This document shows, in pieces, positions 53,222 to 61,789 of a stretch of 64,000 nucleotides of DNA. Source of the DNA: a virus. Its lineage: Duplodnaviria; Caudoviricetes. The notes under the pieces were generated by a model. That model was given only the letters and a program-made list of their open reading frames with translations, did no database searches and was not told the origin of the DNA. The number at the start of each line of letters is the position of its first letter. The first letter of the stretch is position 1. Made by a program: the position numbers and the translations under genes. The DNA lies in the IMG/VR virus record IMGVR_UViG_2862281513_000001, positions 1 through 64,000 of that record. One strand, given 5' to 3'.

Positions 53222-53257
53222 CGGCCCACAACCAGCAGCGTTCGGGGGCACAGGGTA
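53222..53257 (-). promoter_or_regulatory. Late leader motif copy 10 with -10 TACCCT
   Basis: GCTGCTGGTTGTGGGCCG at 53239-53222 upstream of the packaging operon. Confidence 0.8.
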
Positions 53258-54058
53258 GCCGCTGACCTGCTAGGGAGGTGCGGCGGCGTCTGCCAGCAAT
53301 GCGCTACGCCGCCAACAATGCCGGAACTTTGCTCGGCAACGCCTGACCGGCGAAGTTGTGGACGAAAGTTGCGCGAGCAGCATTTGTAAAGTTGCTGGCA
53401 GCGCACAATGCAGCGTTCGCGAACGACTTACCCTGAACGCTCCCCGTAGTTTTGCTCCAAGAATCATTGGTAAGCTCGTACCGCGTTACGGCGCAATAAT
53501 GGAAAACAGGCAGGGCCCCGCCCTCCCGCAGGTTGCCGCCCGCGGACCACGAGGACGAGGCCCTGAGGTGGTGTGGGCCCTGGCTGAGCTTCGCTCAGTT
53601 GGGGCTCACGCGCGTCACGGACAGTGCTCGACGAGCCAGGCGATCACAAGGAACACCTCACAGCTCGCGCTCACACGCCCCGAAGAGACGTGCGGCCGTA
53701 CGTGTCGCTGCCACCGATCTCTCAACCAGCGAAACGGCTTCAAGATCGGCTCCCTCCGTCACCCGGGGAAAACCCCGGACTGCGGGGAACGCGGCTGCGC
53801 CCCCGCGCGGTGGGTGCGTCCTGCGTCCCCTCGAAGGGAGCAATCCGAAAGATACCGTGAGCGCCGCAGTATTCCCCAATCGAAGTCGGTACGCGCATGT
53901 GCCTTTTTGCGATTCGGACGACTAGCCGCAGGTCAGGTCACGTTGAGGCTCCGTCAGCGCGTCTTAAAAAGCCGACATTTCGCGGTAGCCGCATTGCGCA
54001 CGGGCATTCGTGCGCCGCATCGACCCGATTGCCCGCGCCTTCACGCCCAACACGCGTC

Positions 54059-54086
54059 CGCTCCCCGACCGAGGGGCCGGGGAGCG
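54059..54086 (-). terminator. Hairpin after tRNA-Arg
   Basis: CGCTCCCCG/CGGGGAGCG stem. Confidence 0.6.
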
Positions 54087-54093
54087 GATGAGG

Positions 54094-54170
54094 TGGACCG
54101 CGAGGGAGGACTCGAACCTCCAACCTCCGCCTTCGAGAGACGGTGCTCCATCCAATCGAGCTGCTCGCGG
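54094..54170 (-). tRNA. tRNA-Arg(TCG)-like with atypical C8 and C33
   Basis: Acceptor CCGCGAG/CTCGCGG-T-CCA; D arm GCTC/GAGC with GGA; anticodon arm CCGTC-TCTCGAA-GGCGG; T arm GGAGG-TTCGAGT-CCTCC. Confidence 0.75.
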
Positions 54171-54306
54171 ACGGCCGTGACGCCGAGTCAGAATGTTAGC
54201 AGTTGCCCTTCCTTGACCCACCTTGCCCAAGTCCGTGCGGGTGATGGGGGTTGGCGAATGGCCGAGGGCCGGGGAGATGCCTCCCCGGCCCTCGGACCAG
54301 CTGCGG

Positions 54307-54825
54307 TCAGAACAGCGTCGGCGGCTCCTCCGCCTTCGGCTTGTCCGGCCGGGCCGCGACAGCTCCTCCGCGCGGCTCCAGTTCCGGGATGTCCCAGCCG
54401 TACCGCTTCTGGGCCCACTCCGCGTACCAACGACGGTGGCACTCCTCGCCCTTCTCGGCGACCGCCTCGAAGCACATCAGGCAGGCCGGCGTCTCCGGGT
54501 ACCGCTTGGCCAGCTCCTGGAGCGCGGCGAGGATCTCGTGCTCGTACACCCGCAGCCGCTCGAAGTAGACGATCCGCTCGACCGCGATGTTGTCGATGCC
54601 CTTGAGCGGGCCGCGCATCAGCTCGTGCGGGGCGAGCACCGGGACACTCTCGAAGCTGTAGCGGACGAAGCGGGGCCGTCCAACGGTGATGCCGACGGGC
54701 AGGATGCCGAGCTCCGGCCGCCAATTCTGATACCTGGTCGTGCTCAGCTCCATCGGCTGGCGGACCTCGATCCGTTCTACCGGCTGTTCCGGCCCTTCCA
54801 GGTTGAGCTTGCGTACGTCGAGCAC
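54307..54825 (-). CDS. DUF488-like protein
   Basis: LAP, CLMCFE...CHRR. Confidence 0.7.
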   Translation of the reverse strand: MLDVRKLNLEGPEQPVERIEVRQPMELSTTRYQNWRPELGILPVGITVGRPRFVRYSFESVPVLAPHELMRGPLKGIDNIAVERIVYFERLRVYEHEILAALQELAKRYPETPACLMCFEAVAEKGEECHRRWYAEWAQKRYGWDIPELEPRGGAVAARPDKPKAEEPPTLF

Positions 54826-54913
54826 CGGTCTGCGCCTTTCTGTGGTGGTGTGTCCTGCTCTCATCATTGACCAATTCGCCGGGTTTACCCTCATAATCCC
54901 GTTGAATTTGGCC

Positions 54914-54942
54914 CAGGGGCCCCGCCGTGTGCGGGGCCCCTG
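54914..54942 (-). terminator. Terminator-like hairpin after parB
   Basis: CAGGGGCCCCGC/GCGGGGCCCCTG 12-bp stem. Confidence 0.7.
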
Positions 54943-54953
54943 CGCCTCCTGGG

Positions 54954-56129
54954 CTAGGAGGCGCTGGTCTCGGTGGTGTTGGTGGCCTCGGCGTCCGGGG
55001 CGACCCGGAGGGCACCCGCGCGGACCGTGGCCGCGGTCGCCGCCTTGGCCAGGTTCTGGGACGCCTTCGTGGCCACCTGGCGCAGGTGGTCGATGCGCAT
55101 CCGGTTGCCGGGGATCCCGCCGTGCGCACCCGCGAGGAGGAGCGCCAGCTCGTCGGGGTCCATGCTGGCGATCTCCTGGAGGATCTCGCCGGCCGCGCCC
55201 AGCTTGCCGATCTTGCCAACCAGCTTGTTGCGGTCGCTCATGATCCGCTCACGCCGGTCGACGTCGGCCTCGGCCAGCTCCGGGAACATCGTGTCGTCGA
55301 CCTTGCTCGGGTCGGCGTCCTCGGCCAGGACGAACATGACGCTCTGGCTGGCCGCGTCCTGCTCCTCGGCCCGGACCCGCTGGCAGAAGCCCTCAGCATC
55401 CCTGATCGTCGCGAACTGGCCCCGGCTCCAGCGGGCGAGGAACGCGTTCTGGTTGGCCGGGCTGATCTGCGCCGCGTACCAGGCCAGGCCGACCGGGACG
55501 TGGCCCTTGAGGAGCGCCTCCTGCACGGCGGGCACGAGCTTGAGGAGCTGGAGCCGGTTGTCGACGTGGTTCCAGCTCTTGCCGATCCGCTTTGCCACCT
55601 CTTCGGGGGTGAGGCCGAAGTCCACCAGCTTCTGGAACGCGTTGGCCTCCTCCAGCGGGGTCATGTCGGCCCGGCCGAGGTTCTCGGCGACCGACCGGGT
55701 GAAGCCCTCCAGCGTCTCCGAGCCGCCTTCCAGGCCGTGCATCACCATCGCCGGGATCGTGGCCACGCCCGCCATCTGGGAGGCCCTCCAGCGGCGCTCA
55801 CCGGAGATGAGCCGGTACTTGCCGCGGCTGATGTAGCGGACGGTGATGGCCTGCTGGACGCCGATTTCCTTGATGCTGTCGGCCAGCTCCTGGAGCTTCT
55901 CCTCGTCGAAGACCTCGCGGGGCTGGTTCTCGTCCCGCTCGATGTTCTCGATTGGGAGGACCTTCAGCGTAGTCTTCAGCTCGGCCGGTGCCGCCGGGGC
56001 GGGGGCCGCGGCCTTCTTGGCCGGGGCCTTGCGGGCGGTGGGCGCCTTCTTGGCCGCGTCCTTCTTGGCGGGGGCCTTGCCGGTGGCCTTCTTGGCGGCC
56101 TTGGGGGTGGCGGTGGTGGTGGCGGTCAT
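54954..56129 (-). CDS. ParB/RepB/Spo0J family protein with AKKA-rich N-terminus
   Basis: QPREVF, ISGERRWRA, ENLGRADMTPLEEA and HTH. Confidence 0.92.
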   Translation of the reverse strand: MTATTTATPKAAKKATGKAPAKKDAAKKAPTARKAPAKKAAAPAPAAPAELKTTLKVLPIENIERDENQPREVFDEEKLQELADSIKEIGVQQAITVRYISRGKYRLISGERRWRASQMAGVATIPAMVMHGLEGGSETLEGFTRSVAENLGRADMTPLEEANAFQKLVDFGLTPEEVAKRIGKSWNHVDNRLQLLKLVPAVQEALLKGHVPVGLAWYAAQISPANQNAFLARWSRGQFATIRDAEGFCQRVRAEEQDAASQSVMFVLAEDADPSKVDDTMFPELAEADVDRRERIMSDRNKLVGKIGKLGAAGEILQEIASMDPDELALLLAGAHGGIPGNRMRIDHLRQVATKASQNLAKAATAATVRAGALRVAPDAEATNTTETSAS

Positions 56130-56298
56130 GGTGCCCTCCGTGGTGAGTGGGTGGGTGGTGTGTCGTGCATTCATCATTGACCAAGAGCTTCGGGATAACC
56201 TCGGTTTACCGATTGATTTGGTCAAGGGATCGGCAAGTATGCCCAGGTCAGGGCCTTGCCGGGGGCCGCCCGCCCGAGGGCAGGCGGCCCGCCGTCCG

Positions 56299-56613
56299 CT
56301 AGATGAAGCGGGCCAGCTCGCGGGCCCCGCGGGTGATGATGTTGTCCTCGCCGCCCCGGAGCAGGGCGCGGGTGGCGGCCATCAGGTCGCGGCGGGCCTG
56401 CTCGCGGTGCGCGATGGCCTCCCGACGGATCTTCTCGCCGGCCGCGATCAGCCGCTCGGCGTCCAGCTGGCCCTTGGTGACGCTGCGGCGGATCTCGCAC
56501 GCCCAGGCGACCTGCTCGCTGCGGATCAGGCGCTTGACGAGGTCGAGCGCATCGTCCGCGTCGCCCGCGCCCGCGATCAGCTCGGTCTCTTCGAGGAGGG
56601 TAGCGAGGTCCAT
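56299..56613 (-). CDS. Hypothetical helical protein
   Basis: AGGGAG RBS supplied by the repeat. Confidence 0.7.
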   Translation of the reverse strand: MDLATLLEETELIAGAGDADDALDLVKRLIRSEQVAWACEIRRSVTKGQLDAERLIAAGEKIRREAIAHREQARRDLMAATRALLRGGEDNIITRGARELARFI

Positions 56614-56726
56614 CGTGCACTCCCTGGTGGGTGGTGGTGTGTCCTGCATTCATCCTTCCGCCAACCCTCCGGGCCAACCTCGTTATCCCGGGAAGTTTGG
56701 TCAAGGAATCGTCAGGAAACCGCAGG

Positions 56727-57389
56727 TCAGAGGCCGAACAACCCGTCCTGTACCGGCTCGGCGACCGGCGCCGTGGCGGGCTTGCCGTGGACCAGGTGCT
56801 CGGCGACCGTCCATCCGGTCCACGCGGGCGGCGTCTCGCCTCGCCGGCTGCTGTTGCCGGTGAGGACGAGCAGGTCGGCGCGGGCGAGGTGGACCGTGCC
56901 GTCGAGGATCAGCCACACCTCGCAGCGGGGCAGGCCGAGCGCGGTGATCATGGCCAGGTGGTGGATGTCGCCCCATCCGGCGTGCAGTGCACCAGGAGCG
57001 ACCCAGACCCACGTGCCGAGGTTCACGTCGCCCGGTCCGGCCGGGGTGTGCCGGTAGGGCGGGCGCTGCCGTACAGGCCGCGGTGGCTTCGGCGGGTAGA
57101 AGTGGCTCGGCGGGTAGTGCGGCTGGCGGGCCTCTTTGAGTTCGGCGGCCTGCCACCGGGTGACGTCGGCCGGGGTGTAGCAGAGGGGGCCGACGTGCCA
57201 CTTGCGGGGCGTCGTCTTGTCCCGCCAGACGGCCGCGCCGCAGGTGCAGCGGCTTTCCGACAGGTGCTCTCGTGCGGGTCCGCAGGGCCAGGCGGTGTTG
57301 CACGGGCGGCAGGCCGGCTGGCCGCTGTCCAGGCCGTGCGGGAGGTGGTGGTCGGGCAGGCGGATCGGCCGGATCGTCCAGGGCCTCAC
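56727..57389 (-). CDS. Hypothetical Cys/His-rich protein
   Basis: CRPCNTAWPC, CTCG; stop codon lies in the repeat. Confidence 0.6.
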   Translation of the reverse strand: MRPWTIRPIRLPDHHLPHGLDSGQPACRPCNTAWPCGPAREHLSESRCTCGAAVWRDKTTPRKWHVGPLCYTPADVTRWQAAELKEARQPHYPPSHFYPPKPPRPVRQRPPYRHTPAGPGDVNLGTWVWVAPGALHAGWGDIHHLAMITALGLPRCEVWLILDGTVHLARADLLVLTGNSSRRGETPPAWTGWTVAEHLVHGKPATAPVAEPVQDGLFGL

Positions 57390-57469
57390 TGGGGCGTCCT
57401 TTCCGGGTGCGGTGGGTGGAGGATGGGCGCGGGCCGGGGAGCGCTCCCTGCTCCCCGGCCCGCCGGCTG

Positions 57470-58168
57470 CTACTGGCTCAGGACGTGGACGGCCTTGCCC
57501 GGACGGCGGGGCGAGTAGCACAGGTACTCGCCCCATTCGTCGTTCACGCCCTTGCCGGTGCGGTCCCAGACGAGCGTCCGGTCGCACTGGGCGCACGTTC
57601 CGGCGTCCTCCCCCGGCCTGCCCTGCTGCGGGAGGGTGTTGAGGAGGCGGACGGCTTCGGGCAGGCAGGTCGCGGTGTGGACGGTGGCGGTGGGGTCGAC
57701 GGGCGCCTGGTGCAGCTGCTCGGACGCGGTCGTGGCATCCGGGACGATCACGGTGGTGAGGCCGTCGGCGGCGGCGGCGTTGACGCTGGCGAGGATGCCC
57801 TCGGGGGCGCGCAGCCAGCCGGCCAGGTCGAGTTCGCCGGTTACCGCGATGCGGTCGAGGGCCCCCTCGTGGATGTGGCCGGCCGCGGCGAGGATGGCGC
57901 AGGCGATGGCGAGGTCGGACAGGGTGCCGTACGGGCGGTGGTCGTCCCGGGTGACCTGCACGTTGACGGTGCCGTCGGGCCACTCGTAGCCGCTGTTGAT
58001 GAGGGCCGCGCGGATGCGGTCGCGGGTCTCGCGCTCGTGGTCGACGCCGAGGATGACGCTGGCGTCGGGGGCGTCGGGCCAGATCCGGGCGAGGACCGTT
58101 GCGATGCCGTCGGCGGTGCCGACCCGGGCGGTCGCGCGGCGTTCGGTGGGGGTGCGGCTGTCGTTCAT
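57470..58168 (-). CDS. ComM/Mg-chelatase N-terminal (Lon-C-like) domain protein with C-terminal Cys motif
   Basis: ETRDRIRAALINSGY, DLAIACAILAA and GELDLAG; no AAA+ domain. Confidence 0.8.
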   Translation of the reverse strand: MNDSRTPTERRATARVGTADGIATVLARIWPDAPDASVILGVDHERETRDRIRAALINSGYEWPDGTVNVQVTRDDHRPYGTLSDLAIACAILAAAGHIHEGALDRIAVTGELDLAGWLRAPEGILASVNAAAADGLTTVIVPDATTASEQLHQAPVDPTATVHTATCLPEAVRLLNTLPQQGRPGEDAGTCAQCDRTLVWDRTGKGVNDEWGEYLCYSPRRPGKAVHVLSQ

Positions 58169-58292
58169 GGCGGTGGCCTTTCTGGTGAGCGGAGGCGCCG
58201 GGGTGGCGGTTCCGGGGCGGGCGGCGCGCACCAGGCCCGTGGGCCTGTCGCGCCGCCCGCCCCGGGGGCGGCCGGCCGGCCGCCCGGCCGGG

Positions 58293-58508
58293 TCAGAAGC
58301 CGAACTCGCAGTACTCGCAGAACGTCGTCCGCACCTCCCCCTTGTTGTTGGTGAGCGGGACCAGGTCCTCGCCGCAGTCGCCGCAGACGCCGAAGTCGGT
58401 GACCGGCAGGGGGGTGCTGACGGGCGCCGCCGGGAGGACGGGCGCGGGGCTGACGTTGACCGTCGCGGTGACCGTGCCGGTGCTGTTGCTGATGAGGAGG
58501 ATCGCCAT
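58293..58508 (-). CDS. Small Zn-ribbon protein
   Basis: CGDC...CEYC; RBS from the repeat. Confidence 0.65.
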   Translation of the reverse strand: MAILLISNSTGTVTATVNVSPAPVLPAAPVSTPLPVTDFGVCGDCGEDLVPLTNNKGEVRTTFCEYCEFGF

Positions 58509-58625
58509 CGGGTGCTCCCTGGTGGTTGGTGGTGTGTTGTCCTGCATTCATCCTTCCACCACCCTCCCGGGATAACCTCGTTATCCCGGGAAGTTTGGTC
58601 AAGGAATCGTCAGTGAAACCGCAGG

Positions 58626-59417
58626 TCAGCCCTCCTCGGCGAGCAGCTGGAGGGCGGTGACCGCGGCGGTCAGTCGGCGGGCGCCGATGACGTCGAGCTT
58701 GAGCCCCAGGGCGAGGACGTCGCGGACCTGGTCGGTGGGGACGATGACGGTGCGGTAGCCGTTGGCGTGGGCGGTTCGGGCCGCGTCGTCGATTCCGGGC
58801 AGTGCCTCGACCGCGCCGCTGTGGCTGTTCAGCTCGCCGAGGAGCACGGCCTGGTCGAGGGCGCGCGGGTCGAGCTGGCCGCTGGCCGCGAGGAGGGCGC
58901 AGGCGGCCGCGAGGTCGAGGGTGCTGGTGACGTTGCGGTGATGGTCGATGCGGACAGACACCGCACCGCCGGGGAAGGTGAAGCCGCTGCGGGTGATCGC
59001 GTCGCGGATCCGGACGTCTGCCGTGCTGTCGTACTGGTTCCAGCCGGCGATCCGGAAGCTGTCCGCGCCGGGCCAGACCGTGGCCTCGACGAGCACCATG
59101 CCGGCCTTGGCGGCGCCGCTGGCGTGGGCGGCGGTGACGGCGAGGTTGCTGGTGTTGCTGTTCGGGGCGAGCGCGTACTCGGGGTTGCCGGATGCCTGCC
59201 GCAGGCCCTCGAGGAAGCTGTCGAGCGCCTCGGCCGCGGTGGCGCCCTTGATGATGTTGACCTCGCCGAGGGCGTCGGCCGCCTCGACGTCCAGCTCCTC
59301 GACGACGACCTGCCTGCGGGTGAGGTCGACGGGGGCGGGCGCGATGTCCCACAGGGTGTAGCTGGCTGCGTCGACGCGGCCGACGATGATGAACTCGGGG
59401 GTCCGGGTGGCGGTCAT
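58626..59417 (-). CDS. Second ComM N-terminal domain protein
   Basis: RIRDAITRSGFTFP, LDLAAACALLAA and LGELN. Confidence 0.8.
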   Translation of the reverse strand: MTATRTPEFIIVGRVDAASYTLWDIAPAPVDLTRRQVVVEELDVEAADALGEVNIIKGATAAEALDSFLEGLRQASGNPEYALAPNSNTSNLAVTAAHASGAAKAGMVLVEATVWPGADSFRIAGWNQYDSTADVRIRDAITRSGFTFPGGAVSVRIDHHRNVTSTLDLAAACALLAASGQLDPRALDQAVLLGELNSHSGAVEALPGIDDAARTAHANGYRTVIVPTDQVRDVLALGLKLDVIGARRLTAAVTALQLLAEEG

Positions 59418-59480
59418 GGCTGTCTCCTTGGTGGTGAGGTGGGGGCGGGCTGGGGGCGGCCGGCCGGCCGCCCCGGCGGT

Positions 59481-59753
59481 TCAGGACTTGCGGCGGTTGA
59501 TCTGGTGGAGGGTGACGCCCTCGGCGGCCAGGGCCCGGCAGATGTTGCCGCGCACCCACCCGCCCCAGCCGTCCGACTCGTACTCGGCGAGGAACTGTCG
59601 CCGCTTGGGGTTGGCCGTGTTCGGGCTGAACGTGGCCGCCAGCTCGTAGGCCAGGACTCGGGTGCTCCACGGGCCTTCGAACAGCTCGTCGGAGATCGCG
59701 TTGTCCTCCAGGTCCCAGTACCGGTGGAGGAGGGGGGTCTGGGTCTGGTCCAT
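59481..59753 (-). CDS. Hypothetical protein
   Basis: RBS from the repeat; GC3 bias. Confidence 0.65.
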   Translation of the reverse strand: MDQTQTPLLHRYWDLEDNAISDELFEGPWSTRVLAYELAATFSPNTANPKRRQFLAEYESDGWGGWVRGNICRALAAEGVTLHQINRRKS

Positions 59754-59873
59754 GGCTGGCGCTCCGTCCCTGGTGGGTGGTGGTGTGTCGTGCATTCATC
59801 ATTGGCCAAACCCACCCGGTTAACCTCCCTAGCCGGGCGGATTTGGTCAAGAGATCGACAAGAAAACCGCTGG

Positions 59874-61673
59874 TCAGGCGGCCAGGTCGTAGCGGCTGAT
59901 CTCCTCGCCGGTGATGCACTCGGCGAGCATGCAGATCAGCACCTCCGACGCGTTCGGGGTGACCGCGTTGCCCAGCTGGCGGACGCGGTCGCGCTTCGAG
60001 CCGAGCACCACGTAGTCGTCGGCGAAGGCCATCGCGCGCTGGATCTCGTGGGGCTGGAGCATCCGGAACAGGACGTCTTCGATCTTGATGTCGCCCTGGA
60101 CGAGGGCGAAGCGGTCGCGGGTGGAGAGGGCGCCGACGGGCTCGCTGACCGGGCGCGGGGTCCCGTTGCCGTAGTACGGGGCCAGGAAGGGTTCCCAGGT
60201 GACGAGGGACTGGTGGCCGGTGGTGGTGAGGGTCCGCATCGGCTCGGCCAGGTCGGTGCAGTGTTCGCCGCCGTCGCCGGTGGAGCCGTTGTTCCGCATC
60301 ATCATGCCCGGCATCGGGACGGCGGCCAGGCCGTGGTGGTTGCCGCTGGCGCAGACCGTGGCGAGCGGGTCGGTGATGGCGCGGACGTCGCTGGAGCCGC
60401 CCCGGATCTCGGTGATGAACGGCAGCCACGCGAGCCCGGCCTCGGCCCTGGCGGTCTGGGTCTGCATCGGCCCGTAGATCGTGCGGGCGTTCTTGCCTTC
60501 GCGGCCGTCGCAGGGGACGAGCAGCGGCGGTACTGCGAGCGCGTCGTTCTCGCGGGTGGTGCGGGTCGGCATCGGCTCCAGCAGGTCGGTGGCCGCGTCG
60601 CGCCAGGTGCCGCCGGTGGGCACCATCAGCGGGCGGGCGAACTTGTCCAGCCCGGCCTGGATGCGCCGCATCGTCTTCTCCGCCAGCGGCGTCTTGCGGT
60701 CGCCGATCCGACCGCCGGGGATCGACCAGTCGATGGCGGCCGCCGCGGGGATCGTCTCGGGCTCCACGATCTGGTGGCCGCACTTGGTGTTCGGGCACCG
60801 GTAGTCGTACTGGCTCTTGTACCGGCCCATGTCGACGCCGGGCTTGCGGAACACCTGTCGGGCCTTGACCATCTGGTCGCAGCCGGTGCAGAACGCCGAG
60901 GGGGCGAGCCACTTCTCGAAGTTCGGGTTCCGGCCGAGGCTGGCGTGCCAGTACACGAAGTACAGCCGGTCACGGGACTGCGGGGCGCGGTGGACGCTGC
61001 GCGGGTCGGCGTGCATCGAGTTCAGCGCGACCAGCTTGGTCCGGTAGCCCAGCTTGTGGAACTCCGCCACCCAGCGGTCCCACTCGGCCCACTGCCGGAC
61101 GTCGACCACGTTCTCGACGACGCCCGCCTTGACGAGCCCGCCGCGCTCCTGGACGCCGCGCAGGTAGAGCGGGATCTCCTCCATCAGCGCCCGGCTGGCC
61201 TGCTCCTCCTCGGTGGGGCCGCCGCTGTCGCGCTCTTCCTCGGTCTGGAACTTCTCCTCCTCCAGCTCCGCGTACAGGTCGAGGAGGTCGCCCTGGACGG
61301 CCTTCGCGAAGTCCCGCTTCTTGCCCTGGGCGATCGACCACTTGGTGCACTCGGGCGAGCCCCAGTGGATGTCGGTGATCGGCCAGGCCCAGACCGGGGC
61401 CTTGCGGATGTCGCCGATGTAGTGCGCGACGCCGGGGAAGTTCCGCTCGTGGCTCTCGATCGCGCGCTTCCAGTGGTTCGCGGCCCGGGTCACCTTGACG
61501 TTCGGGACGGCGTCCGCGCCCTGGGTGGAGCCGCCTGCGCCGCAGAACCAGTCCATGACGCTCAGTTCGGTGCCGTCGTGCCTGTACGCCTTGACTCGCC
61601 GGCGGCGGGCGTACGTCTGGGCGCCGCTGGAGGCCGAGGCCATCGCGCGGGTGGTGGAGGAGATGTAAGGCAT
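59874..61673 (-). CDS. C5 DNA cytosine methyltransferase (orphan)
   Basis: FCGAGG (I), SPEC (IV), ENV (VI), PQSRDR (VIII) and GNAV (X). Confidence 0.93.
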   Translation of the reverse strand: MPYISSTTRAMASASSGAQTYARRRRVKAYRHDGTELSVMDWFCGAGGSTQGADAVPNVKVTRAANHWKRAIESHERNFPGVAHYIGDIRKAPVWAWPITDIHWGSPECTKWSIAQGKKRDFAKAVQGDLLDLYAELEEEKFQTEEERDSGGPTEEEQASRALMEEIPLYLRGVQERGGLVKAGVVENVVDVRQWAEWDRWVAEFHKLGYRTKLVALNSMHADPRSVHRAPQSRDRLYFVYWHASLGRNPNFEKWLAPSAFCTGCDQMVKARQVFRKPGVDMGRYKSQYDYRCPNTKCGHQIVEPETIPAAAAIDWSIPGGRIGDRKTPLAEKTMRRIQAGLDKFARPLMVPTGGTWRDAATDLLEPMPTRTTRENDALAVPPLLVPCDGREGKNARTIYGPMQTQTARAEAGLAWLPFITEIRGGSSDVRAITDPLATVCASGNHHGLAAVPMPGMMMRNNGSTGDGGEHCTDLAEPMRTLTTTGHQSLVTWEPFLAPYYGNGTPRPVSEPVGALSTRDRFALVQGDIKIEDVLFRMLQPHEIQRAMAFADDYVVLGSKRDRVRQLGNAVTPNASEVLICMLAECITGEEISRYDLAA

Positions 61674-61789
61674 GCGGTCCGTCCCTTCGGGTGGGGTGGT
61701 GTGTCGTGCATTCATCATTGACCCCACCCCCCGGGATAATCGCGTTATCCCGGGGAGTTTGGTCAAAGAATCGTCAGGAAAGCCGCAGG

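Noticed and set aside
53358-54605. 415-aa + strand ORF across the intergenic gap
   Set aside because: Runs through the tRNA and antisense to the DUF488-like gene; no codon bias or motifs
59874-61673. Methyltransferase as part of a restriction-modification system
   Set aside because: No neighbouring endonuclease-like gene; it fits an orphan protective methyltransferase
735-61721. Many long + strand ORFs (e.g. 735..2780, 4088..6385, 31537..34932, 58767..61721) and alternate-frame - ORFs
   Set aside because: Shadow frames of high-GC genes: Arg/Pro/Gly-rich or antisense-type composition, no motifs, and they overlap well-supported genes
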